Assembly (NCBI GenBank): GCA_964106645.2
Contig: OZ067039.1
Direction: 5' to 3' (one strand)
DNA length: 64,000 nt
From: Podarcis pityusensis
Lineage: Eukaryota
Below, piece after piece: positions 44,301 through 57,172 of this stretch. Under the pieces are notes generated by a model. That model was given only the letters and a program-made list of their open reading frames with translations, ran no database searches and had not been told where the DNA came from. Each line of letters starts with the position of its first letter. Position 1 is the first letter of the stretch. Both the position numbers and the translations under genes were made by a program.

Positions 44301-45409
44301 TTTGTTTCGTTTTTTGTTCAGAATTGCCTTTTGAGGCATCAAAGTATTAAAAGTGAACAAGAAACCATTTGAAAATCTTAGTTCAACAACAAGGTGGGGG
44401 GTGGGGTGGCTTCTGCAAGGTCGGGCTAAGACATATTGCTGCCTCCCCTCCCCCAGCTAGCTAAAGAAGAAAATCCCACAAGTGCCTCTCCACGGTCCCA
44501 ATAAATGAGAATGCAGCCATTATTATTCTTTTGCCCTGATAGGGGCTCAAATCAATGATTAACAATTTCCTGCTCTGTCTTTATGCTAGGGCAGCCATGT
44601 GAGTGACCTACGTTACAGAGAACCATCCTCTATTTTGAAGGGTTATCAGAAGATGGTCTGCTCTTTGAAGGTGTCCTCTCTTTGAGGACTGCCCAGTCCT
44701 GGTCTAGTTTAAATAAAAGGAACTTTTAAGAAGAGAAAAGAGGAGCCTGAAGTTGCCCACCAACAATCAGGAGCTGCTGGTCAGCTGACTGAGCAGTCAC
44801 ACAAGTCACCTGGTGTCATCTCAACCACAGTGATAAATGCATTTGCCTTCTCTTTAAATTACATTTATTATTTCCAAATTTGTGCCCATACATATAAAGG
44901 ACCACATGCACATCTCATGCACGTTGGTGTCTTCTATTTGTGTCCAAGGGTAATTTGACAGTGGAGCAGCCCAGCAAGGTTATGCATAAAGAAATGCTGG
45001 GGCAGAAGTAGTGCTTTAGCAATAGTGGGCTCCATATGTTCTAGAGCTAAAACACAATTCTGCGTAAATGTGAAATCTAATTTATTTTTTGGGGTGAGGG
45101 TACAGAACCATTAAGATCTAAACCGGCAATGAACCTTACTGCCTGAACCGTGGGTGTGAAGTGAGTTCATGGCATCAGTGATTGTCTCCACAAAAGGCTT
45201 GACATTGCTGCACAGAGTGGAGCACGCAGAGGAGCATGTGGGGCGCCCCGTGAGACTGAAAAGGAACTATACAACCTTTAGAAGACATCTGAAAGCAGCC
45301 CTGTATAGGGAAGTTTTTTTTTTAATGTTTAATGTTTGATTATGTTTCTGTGTGTGTTGGAAGCTGTCCAGAGTGTCTGGGGAAACCCAGTCACATGGGT
45401 GGGGTATAA

Positions 45410-45452
<43 letters not shown>

Positions 45453-48400
45453 GATGTCCCAATTTTCATTGGAGAAATGTTGGAGGGTAGGGTTAAATTG
45501 ACCAAGGGTCTGAATCAGTAAAAGCCAGTTTAACATGTTCACATGGGCTGTATCTCTGTGAAAGGCAGGAATGGGGAACCTCCAGTTGTTGCCAGACTCT
45601 AACCTTCATCAGCCCCAGCCAGCCAGGCCAATGACTAGGCATGATGGGAGCTGTAGTGCAATGCCCCCTGGGGCGCCACAGATTTCACCGTCCCTGGTCA
45701 TAAGGTGCCACACATATCCACTGAGCTTTCTGACATGGTTCGGAAAGTAGAATAATTTAGAGCCAGCACTGACAGATCCTGCAGATTGTGAGGCAGTAAA
45801 AAGAAGAAGAAAGTGGGGGCGGGGGGCGGGGAGCAGAATAGGTGGATGCGAAGCATCATATGATGGAGTGATGGGGAGATTTTGTGGGGGTTTTTTTGAA
45901 ACATTAGACTGAATGAGTCAATAGAGAATACACTGTTGAGAAGAATCACACAATAACTAAAATAGAGAGAGCTAAATGAAGCCCTGGAGAAGATTTCTAG
46001 TGTAGTTGTGCGAATTTATCCCATCACAATGAAAAAGTTAATGAAAAAACACGATGCTGAGTATTTCTGAGTTATTCTTTGCCCAGTGCACAAGGATGTA
46101 ACTTCGCGTCTGTTGGTAGCACCAGATCACACTTCCACTCACCTTTTGATTGTTTTCATGAACTTTGTGAGTGGCTGGGGAGTAGTCTGGGATACCTGAA
46201 AGACACCTGCCCAACCTGAGGGCAGAGGCAGCCCTAGACTATCATGGTAGATCAAGTCAACTATTCCCCAATCCCAGTATGTCACCCCTGGAACTGACCA
46301 ACAGTGTCTTCAGAGAAAAGTATACAAGAATTAGTCGTGTGCATTCATTTCAGTGGTTTTACTCTGAGAATGGCTTAGTTGCACTCAGTTCTATCCACAT
46401 TCAGCTGCATGTGCATCGGGTCTATAAAGTGGCAGGGATCTAACATGTCTGCATGCCCATAGAATACCTTCAGTCTATGGCGGTTAAGGGTGGAGCCAAC
46501 AGATACAAAGAGGCTGAAAGGCAAGGTGGGCCACTCAAAGTGATCCTGGCCCCTCGCCATACTCTATGCATGGATCCAAGTGTAAGAACCCTTACCTCAT
46601 GGAGTAACTTGCAACTGCTTGAATGAATGTTCATATGCTATAGTCTGCTAGCAGGACGTACTGGAATTGTACTGGAATCCTACAGTACTGGAATTGTACT
46701 GGAATTGTACTGGAATCCAGGACGTACTGGAATTGTACTGGAATCCTACAGTACTGGACGTACTGGTAGGATGTGAAGAGGGAAATTATATTTGAAAAGC
46801 TAGACTGGTGTGCTAGCATGGAGTGTGCCAACTTTGGTTTAAGTTAAGGATGGCACCCTGGGCTGGTCTCAAGGTTGACCAAGGTGGGCAGCACCGTGCA
46901 TCAATGGGGAGCTAAGACAGATTCTGGAAAACTGAGGGAGCTGGGTACAACTTGGCTAAATGTGGATTTCCTTGCTTTTTGGAGGCCAGGATGGGTTACC
47001 TGACAAAATGTGGTTTTACTAGTGGTCATTGTGGTCAGGCCAGTAAAATGCTGGCAGACTGGCATTTTGGTTTTTCATTCATGCAGGGGGACCAGAGAGT
47101 AAATATGGTAAAATAAAATATATTAAGGTGCTTAGATATTATGGTAACAGAGGCTGTTGTAAGCTGGGTAAGGTATAGACTTGAAGAATGGCATTTTAAT
47201 GCATATTTACCTGTCAGGCAATGGCCACAGATCGTGGTGAAGTGCCCAGGGGAAATAACCTGCATCTTTCCATTTAAATGAATATCCAGGACAACGGCTG
47301 ACATGATATTGAGGCCTGACAGGAGATGGAAAGCTGACTGTCAGCTGCAGGCCTGTCCTCTTATAATGGGGCAGCGTTAACTCTTTTTAGGTCATCACTG
47401 AGCCTAACTCACCATTTAAAATATAATACAATCTTAAAGCAGAGGGAAGATTGTGGGGTGGGGTTTACTTCATTTGAAGCTATAGATGGCAAAGTAATCC
47501 CTGCTTTGGAAGGAACCTGATAGGATGGGAAGACATTTTAAAGAAAATAAACTTGGCTTCAGAATTTAGACTCTGGGAACATGGAGCTGTTGTTGTTATT
47601 GTTGCTATAGTGATGACGATGATGGTGATGATGATTAATCAGCTCCCCCTTCCTCCAAGAAGGTCAGAGGAAAATGCAAAAAGATAAGTGTGCCTGCAGC
47701 TCACTGTGCAAAATATGCAAAACAAAAGGAAAAAGGAATGGGCAGGGAGGAAGAAAAGGAAGCTTTATCTCATATTACCCTTGCAACTGCCCAATGAGGT
47801 GAGGCTGAACAGAGAAATAGTGGCTTGTCCAGCACTCTGCCCAATACCCAGCACAGGCCCCCTGTATTAATTTTCATTTCTTCTTACTTTGAGGGAGTAA
47901 CAGCAGTCACCTCTAGGTGATCAGCTGTTGCAGGAATAGAGTTGTACACCCCTACACTCTGTTGACTACAACCAGGGCTCTGTCATTCTCTTTTCTGTCC
48001 TTAAAACATAGCTGGCTTTTTAAGGTTACAGAGGAGATAGGAACCATATGCAGATCACAGAACCACAGACTCACATAATTGTAGATTTGGAAGTGATCCA
48101 AAGGGCAGGAGCGGAGGAAGGGGGTGCAGTGGGGGTGGGCCGCCCTGGGTGTCCCCACTGAGGGGTGTGACAAAATGCCGGGCGCACTCACTGCGGGGCC
48201 TGCAGCGTGCCCGAGCCATGCGTCTCTCCAAACAGTCCGCCCGCTGCCTGCCCCTCAGCTGTAGGGCAGCTGAGTGGGAGGAGGCAGGCAGACTCCTCAG
48301 AGGCCCCGTGGAGCGTCCTGCCCCAGCTGGCCCCGCCCCTGGGCGCAGGGCATGCGCACTGCCCCAGGCGCCCGGTCGGCTTGCTCCACCACTGTCTAAG

Positions 48401-51400
48401 GGTCATCTAGTCCAACCCCTTGAACATGCAGGAATATCTACCAAAACATTCCTGACAGATGGCCATCCAAATTCTGCTCAGAAACTTCCAATGAAGGATA
48501 GTCCACCACCTCACACTGGAGTCTGTTCCACTGCTGAACAGCTCTTACTGTCAGAAAGGTCTTCCTAATGTTTAGTCAAAATTTCCTTTCTTGTAACTTG
48601 AAGCCATTGGTTTGGGTCCTGCCCTCCACAGAAGGAGAAAACAAGCTTGTCCCATCCTCCATGTGACAATCCATGATATATTTGAAGATGGCTATCATAT
48701 CTCTTCTCAGTCTCCTCTCTTCCAGTTGAGTCCATCAACTGTTCCTCATAAGACTTGGTTTTCAGACCCTTTATTATCCTGGGGCGGATCTACACTCATG
48801 GTTTATAACATTATGAAAGAGTTAAGGCATGGTTTTCAAAACGTAAGGGTCACATTACATTTTGCTAAGAATGCTAAGAATGTGTTATTAAAACGTGACA
48901 CCAGAGGGCATTGCAAAGCAACCAGGAACCAGGCAGTAAGAGGAACTGTTATGGAGGAAGAACGTTAAGGTAATGAACTTTTTTTTAAAAAACAACAACA
49001 ACATGCCCTGGGACGTTTTAGAACAATATAGCTAGTATTGTTTTAATAATGTTAAAAAGGTCAGTGTAGATCCAGCCCTGGTCACTCTCCTCTGCACACG
49101 TTCCGGAGCTTGTCAATATCCTTCTTAAATTGTGGCGCCTAGATATGGACACATTATTCCAGGTTTGGTCTGACTGAAGGCAGAATTTCTGCTAGAAGAT
49201 TTAGAGCTACATATAGTCAAAACATGTGGCTATTGGATTTGGGACTGTAGTAGTAAGCCCCTCCCTGACCCACATGCATTCAGTTGTATGCATACAGACT
49301 CCATGTAAGATGGCCAGTTATTTAACAGAACACGGTAGGTCGGGGGGCGGGCTGTTACCACAACCCCACTCCCTCCATGTGCTTTCATTGTAATCAATTT
49401 GAATGTCTTGTCTACTGCTACAAAGGACTCAGCATGTTGTCTGTGTAAAACAGGGCAGTACTCCTCTGATTTTCCCTTCTGGCCTTAGATTCACTCATTA
49501 TTGGACTAGAAGGGGAAATAGGGCGCTGTGGGTTAAACCACAGAGCCTAGGGCTTGCCAATCAGAAGGTCGGTGGTTTGAATCCCCACGATGGGGTAAGT
49601 TCCCGTTGCTCAGTCCCTGCTCCTGCCAACCTAGCAGTTTGAAAACACGTCAAAGTGCAAGTAGATAAATGGGTACCGCTCCGGTGGGAAGGTAAACGGC
49701 GTTTCCGTGCGCTGCTCTGGTTCACCAGAAGCAGCTTAGTCCTGCTGGCCACATGACCCAGAAGCTGTATGCCGGCTCCTTCGGCCAACAAAGCGAGATG
49801 AGCGCCGCAACCCCAGAGTCGGCCACGACTGGGCCTAATGGTCAGGGGTCCCTTTACCTTTACCTTTACTCAGGATTTAAGCTTAAGGGCCACAAAGTCT
49901 AAGGCTAGAAAGAGACAAGGAGAGCCCAGTCTACAGCTGCTATAGTACTGCCTTGTTTGACACAAGGCTATGCTATAAAGGCTGTGTATTTCAGTCCCTG
50001 CTGTTGGTTCTAGACAGGATGAGGGTGGGACAATCAGGAGCATTATGGGTGGACAGCATTGAGGTGGGTGATGGCTACAACCTGAGCAATGATTTGCAGG
50101 CAAGTTGTGAGATCCTTGCTCACTAATATCTTGGGATATTGTGGAGTATCCCAACTTGCCTGGGTCTAGCTGGAGTAGGTGATTGCAAATCATGATATAC
50201 CCAGTGGGTAATTCAAATTCTGAATGTGAAAATTTACCTCAGTATTTTAGAACACTAGACACTTTGGCATTTCCTGACTGCTTTGATTTTGGCAGGTATC
50301 AAATATGAAATTTCATCAAGCTGTTAACTGTCAAACACTAATACTACCACATGACATCTGTCAAATACAGGCAAATATCCATATGCCAGCTATAATCAAA
50401 TACGGTCAAATATTATTTATCACATTTTTATCCCAACCTTCCTCCAAGGAACTCGTGGTGGTGTACATTATTCTCCCCACTGCCTCATCCTTGTGATAAC
50501 ATTATGAGGTAATTCTGAGAGAATACATGGCCCATGGCCCTGCAGAGAGCATCATGGCTGAGCAGGCTTTTGAACCCTCATCTCCCTGATTCTAATTTGA
50601 CATTCTAACCATTACATGATGTTGGCACCAAATAAAGAAATACTATTTAAATGCTATTGCATGCCAACTGTCAAATATAAAATACCATTGTACAATGGCT
50701 CTCAAAAATTGTCCAGTACTAAACACTCAGATCAAATACAACCAGGTGTTGTATGCAGATGTAAAATATTCAGAGGAAGTCCAGTAAATATTTGAATATT
50801 CAGAATACTGTGACTATTTTGCATACCAATTCTCTGATGAGATATTTTCAAGCAAATTGGTTTCAGCTCCTACTACTTGTCTTCTAACTTCCAGTCAAAC
50901 CCCCCCCCCCCCGCCCAGCAGTCCTTACTCTGAAGCAGTCACAGATACCTCACACTGGGTGTTAAGGAGAACAAGGACAAGATCTCCATGTGTGAAGCTG
51001 AAGAGATGGAATTAAGCCTTCAAAATTAACACTAAAAAAAACTTGAGAGACTCCTGTGAACTCCTGTAGCTATGACAACTGGCTGCTGGGGAGACTGCCA
51101 GGCATGGAGCCATATTAGAACTCCAGCTGCTTGTAGCTGTGGATCCAAAAGGAGGAAATGAACCGAGCACGTGGGTCCCCTGGAGAAGCCACATTTGCCC
51201 TCCGCCACACAGGCACACGCGTGCCTCTCTCCAGGATATTCGGTAATCTGTACGGCTGGTCTCACATGTATAGATATTTAGGTATCTGCCTGTCAGTGAA
51301 CAACAAACGAATATCCTGCCATCCCATCTCAGTCTTTCTCTTTCATTCTGTGCACCCAAACACAACTCCTTTTATGCCAGGGATTTCCAGCCTTTAAAAA

Positions 51401-54400
51401 TAACAAAGCCACCCCATCCTAAAGTTGCACCTTATACTCTGAGCTGCTGATAAATGAATCGGTCAATTTAGGTTTCTCTCAATTTCCCATTTTTTCCAAG
51501 CTTCAATTCAGTCTGCCTATTTCCACAGCAGATTTTTTCTCTTTAAGCCCCACAAAAATCAAGCCTTTTTGTACAACTTTCTCCTAATATGCACATTTTT
51601 AATGAAATTTTGCCCAATACATACATTTTCCTAAACATTGCTTCATAATTGCTGTATAGTTTACTTATTTTCACACTTGCCCCTGATGCACAAATATTTG
51701 TATGCTTTTTTTGGCATTAAAGATCCCAAATTTTGTAGAAGCACAAAGAAGAATTGCAAGGTATAGTTGTGCTTCAGTTCACATATTGGTTCAGGAAGTA
51801 TGAATTAGGCAGGTGCAAACTGAAATGTGAATCAAATGAATTTCTCCACATACCCCCCGCTGTCCCACCTCTGAGCTCCTCTGTGGAGTCTCCTCAGTTA
51901 TTAATGGTATGAGTTCACAGGCCACCTTAGGTCATTCTTTGCCTCTGGTTTGTTTTGTCCATCTAGCTAAGATCCATGTGTGGCTCCTTCTTGTTATTTC
52001 TTCCATTGCTGGTTGTCTTATCCATGTATTTTCAAATTAAGTTATGCTGTTGTGCTTCAGAAAGAGGCAGGCAATTAGAATTTCATCACTAGAGTGACCT
52101 GATGCCAAGCAGAGCAGGGCTCTCTCTTGTATTCCTAATAGATATACAGCAAAGGAAATTTCAACAGGTCCAGCCTGGCTCCCCTGTGCAGCGCTGGCAG
52201 ATGAAAAGCTGACCCCTACCAAATTCCATCTTCTAAACAACTATTAAAAGTATAAGTAGGAGCTCTCTTCTCTTTTGCATCTGGCTACCCTAAATTTCAC
52301 TAAACCTGACCACAGAATTTACATCCCTCCAGCTCTCCTGTTCATTCCATTGGGATGGGAGAGAAATTCTATTCGGTTTGCATTTAAAAGTGACCTTTCT
52401 GAAACCATATGCGGACCAAAACACAGCCATCTTTTGAAATTCACACTGTTCCATATTCTTCTGTGTGGTTCTCCAACCAAGTCATGTGCACAAAAATGCA
52501 TATATTCATGAAAATAACATAGAAAAATGCATTATATTATGGGAAATTGGTTTGCAAAAATGTGTATATTAGGCAAGACTGCGTACGAAAATGAATATTT
52601 TAAGAGACGTTCACACTAAAATGCTGATGAATTTTCATGATGAGGTTTAAAAAAAACAAAAGTTGATGTGGAAAATTTGAGATCTGAATGTAAGGTTGGA
52701 AAAACCTTTTCAATCAAGCTGTATATAAACATTGTGAAATAAATAATATAACATAATAAATAAAAATGAGACACTGAGAGAAACTGAAATAGACAGATTT
52801 GGTCACCCCTTCATTCCAGTCTGGCAGTATAGGCTGGTCCATTAAGGAAAATGGGACCTTGGACCACCAACCTTAGCCTGCCCCCATTTGCCTGCCTCCT
52901 TGCTTATATCCATTCCAAGGGATGGCACTGCCTGTCAGCCTCCCCCCTTCTCGGTCTCTGTCCTTGTAGAACTCAGCAGGGATGAGGACATTGGTTCTGT
53001 CGTTAGTTCTGTCTCCACCTTCTGTTGACCTTCCACCCTACCAGACCCAATGGGCACCAGGTGCCAGTGGGCCATGTTTTTCTGATTAGTTGTGTATATA
53101 TCTTAATCCCTATGGTCATTGCTTTGTTTATCCACACATTCCCTCTGGACTGCATTAATCCAGCTCTGCTTGCTCAGTGCCCATGAGGAAAAAGATCCCC
53201 AGAAATGGGGAGAGTTGCTGATGGGATCTCTGTGGCTGTTTGTGTTGATATCGAAAATGATTACTGATAAAACTCTTGCAAAGTGCAGAAGTGTTTACCA
53301 CCTTTAGTGAATCTGTGAGTTGTCATTATTAGTCCCTACAAAACAGAGACGGGGGCTGAGAAACAGCAACTTGCCAAAGGCTAACCTTGCAATGTAATGA
53401 CAGAGCTGGGAATTATACCCGTGGCTCCAGGACCAGCCGCAGATGTGTTCTGCTGGGGCATGTGTGAGCAGGTACATTGGAGAAGAAAACCTGTAGAGAG
53501 GAGTAGCCCCATGTGCTGCTGCGCCTATTTTGCCACAGAGGCTGAAGGTGACTGTACTGATGCCCCAGGTATGATTTGCCCCTCACACCTCATTGCGGAA
53601 TGAGCGTATGGTCCCTGCCACTTGCTTGTTCATCCACCATGCCTGTGGACCTGGCAAGAAGACACTATCTCAGACCCTGTGGTGAGAGCATCAGCAGCTT
53701 GGGTTGCCTCCAGGCTCTGCAGCCTCCTGCTTTCCCCCAAAGGTGAGATTCCATTTCTACCTTCTGGGCAAGGTCATGGGAACTAGGTCAGAGGCTAGAT
53801 AACCATGGATTTACAGGGATATTCAATCTTTCTCAATTATGTGTGTACCAGTGACGAGACCTATGCAGGTCTTAGTCACAGATCTCCCCCTGTCTCTTTC
53901 AAATCTATAACAGGGCTGGTCCAACCATTAGGCAGAATAGGACAAGTGCAACAGGTGGCTGTTCCTCCCAAGGCTCACAGCCATTCTCGTTTGTTGCCAC
54001 CTAGTCTCTCCTGGGTCTCCTAATGTGGCTCTCTATCACAGATGTGGTGCAGAATGCCAGTGCTGAAGTAAGAGTCAACTGCCAACTCAGTCAATGTAGA
54101 GGGCACCATTTTGTTTTTTGCCTCAGGCAGCAGCATGCCTTGGGCGAGCCCTGAACCCATCTCTCCCCACCCATATTTCTTCCATTGTGTCCTTCCTCAG
54201 CCCTGTCCCAGAAAACACTGCTGTCAATATACAATAATAAGAGCAGCCTACCACCACAGACAAACAAACCAACAAACCCACATCCTTCTCCAGAATGGCC
54301 TGGTGCCTTTGGCAGAAATGCAACTTGATCTGCAGCATATGAAACGTTCCATGGCAAGGAGCTAAAGATGGTCACCTACTAATGTCTCTGGTGATGTCCT

Positions 54401-55797
54401 CCTACCAGTCCCTACCTTGGGATGCGGGTGGCACTGAGCCTCTTGGGCTTGCCAATCAGAAGGTCAGCGGTTCAAATCCTTCTGATCGAATACATAGAAA
54501 AGGTTATACCCAGCAAGTGTCAGTCAATTTGGGAGAGGAACATCCTTAGCTAGTCTGCTCTCTTCTGGTACTTTTAAGGATTTAATGTGGGAAAGTATGG
54601 TATTGGCTCTAATTCCAGAGTGCCCAACTCTCCTAGCAAGAGGAATACATGCTGGTCATTTCTGCACTACAATCATCATGGAAGTCCTGGAGGTAGAGGT
54701 AGAGGTAGAGGTAGAGGTAGAGGTAGCGCCAGGGCCAGGGCTAGGGCTAGGGCTAGGGCTTAGAGCCAGGGCCACGGCCAGGACCAGGACCAGGGCTAGG
54801 GTTAGGGCTTAGAACCAGGGCTAGGGCCAGGACTTAGAGCCAGAGGAATATTTAGCATCTTCCTGAATGACAATCCCCAGGATTCTTTGCAGGAAGCCAT
54901 TTCTTTAAGAAGGTATCAAACTGCCATAGCAATATTTGTTGATTCTGCTGCAACTGACAAACACAGATATCCCTCTGGTGTAAAACTGATGCAAGTTTGT
55001 AGTTTAGACATGCCTATGAGCTGCTGAAGACACACTGTGGTTCAAAAGAAAAAAAAGATAACAGACAATGGTTTGACTGTAAGGAGAAAGGGATTGGTGG
55101 ACCAGGGCTTGAGATCTTTCAAATCCTGGAGACAGGACTATGAGATTTCAAGAGACACCAGCTAAGATAAACTGGTGGGGTGGGGCGAATCTCTCTTTGT
55201 CATTTCATCTCCTAAGGGTGATTGTTGTTGAAACATTAAGTATCTCAGAGCTGTTTTTCATTTTAGCTTTGAGGTATTTGTGAACAAGCAGCTCATGATG
55301 TGGGTTGGGACGGGGAGAGGTTAAGCCCAAAAAACAGTCCTGGAGATCAAGGCCAGGAAAGTTCCCATGAGAAACTCTTTCCCACACACTCATGAACTCC
55401 TTCCTGCTCCTTTAACACTTTGGCCCTAAACAGGAAGCAGGAGACCAAACTTTCCATGTGGGAATCAGGCACTGACGATAAAAGAAGGTGCTTGCATTGA
55501 CAGGGGCAGAGAAACCAAATCTGGATGCTTCTACCTCATCCCACATCCATGCTTGGGGTTGTTTCCAATGCTAGTCCTACTCAGATTAGATCCATTTAAA
55601 TTAATGGACATAAGACATTTATGCTTCATTAATTTCAATGGTAGCAACCCTTGGGTTTTATTTTTTCCTTCATTGCTTTGGCCAGAACCAGCAGTTAGTA
55701 GTGACAGACCTTTGCTGGGAGGACTCAGAAACTGTTAAGGGGATTAGCCTCAGTTTCCACTACACAGAGAGAACAGGGGGCATGAGAAACAGAAAGA

Positions 55798-55852
<55 letters not shown>

Positions 55853-57124
55853 GCTACAATTCCCTGACCACCCTAGCACAGGGGATTTGGGTTCAGATAT
55901 ACACAGATAATAAATAGAAATTGATGACATGAGTGGTGGAAATAACCACCTTTGCCTTGGAAGTCCCTCCCCCTATTCCCTGGCTTTTGAAGCTGACTGT
56001 GGTTACACAGTGGAAAGGGAAAGCACACTGTACATTCTCTAGGACATGGTCTTCTCTTGTCTAGGGGCGCAATGGGACCAGGAGGGCCCATGGAGGGCCC
56101 TACAGAAATCCAGAGCTGGCTTTGCCAATGCCTGTTAAGAGGCTGGTGAACATCCCCGGACGTCTGTTCAAGTGCTGTGTGCACAGCTCAATCCCAGGCA
56201 CAGGGGCTCTAGAGCTGATAATTGCTTTGCTAAGTGCCCTGGGCAGATGGTGTCAAATTGAATCAATGATAGTTTTAGCAGAAGCAAACAGATATTATAA
56301 AAGCATTAGGCATCTTCAAAGGGTAACTCACGGTGCACTTGCCAGAGGCGCAGTGGCCTGGTGTTTGGCAGGCAGGCATAGGCAACTGAGAGAGAGGGAT
56401 GAATAGCCATTTGCCCCTTTGCTGTTCCTTCCTCCATTTTTTTTCAGGGCAGTTTTGCACAGGTGCAAACTGCAAATCCAGCCATTAGTTCCACCTTGGC
56501 TATTTGCCAGTGTGCTATTGGGGAACTACAGGGTCCCAATAGCAGAATGGAACAACCACTTATTGGGACTGTGCAAGGGCTTGCAATGGTGTCAGTGCAG
56601 GTCAGTCACACCCACTGTATAGACTCTGCCCCACTTCAATGTAGAAAGCAGTGCTGGAATGATGGGGTGGGGAGATGTAGGTCTATAGTTCACACATGTA
56701 TGTTGCTTGATTACTATAGGACATGTACAAAGCCTCTTTCACTTACCGCTGAGCAGCTGAGCAGGGCTTCCTTCCCAAGGCAGACAGTACATCTAGTATA
56801 CCTGAAGGAGCGTCTCCACCCCCATCATTCAGCCCAGACACTGAGGTCCAGCGCCGAGGGCCTTCCGGCCGTTCCCTCACTGCGAGAAGTAAGGTTACAG
56901 GGAACCAGGCAGAGGGCCTTCTCGGTAGTGGTGCCCGCCCTGTGGAACGCCCTCCCATCAGATGTCAAGGAAATAAACAACTACCCGACTTTTAGAAGAC
57001 ATCTGAAGGCAGCCCTTTTTAGGGAAGTTTTTAATGTTTGAAGTTTTATTCTGTTTTTAATGTTCTGTTGAAAGCCTCCCAGAGTGGCTGGGGAAACCCA
57101 GCCAGATGGGTGGAGTAGAAATAA

Positions 57125-57172
<48 letters not shown>

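Larger units (their letters stand above)
48070..49185 (-). mobile_element. CR1 3' fragment interrupted by two MITEs
   Basis: CR1-like text (ggtcatctagtccaacccc, ctcttactgtcagaaag, ttcctcataagac, ctgcacacgttcc) becomes continuous once 48106-48394 and about 48782-49077 are removed. Confidence 0.75.

Noticed and set aside
46652-46770. CRISPR-like repeat-spacer appearance
   Set aside because: Eukaryotic DNA, 7-11 bp units, recurring linkers, no cas genes.
56463-57041. Longest ORF in the track (192 aa)
   Set aside because: C-terminal part is an L2 remnant; the rest looks like a chance open frame.
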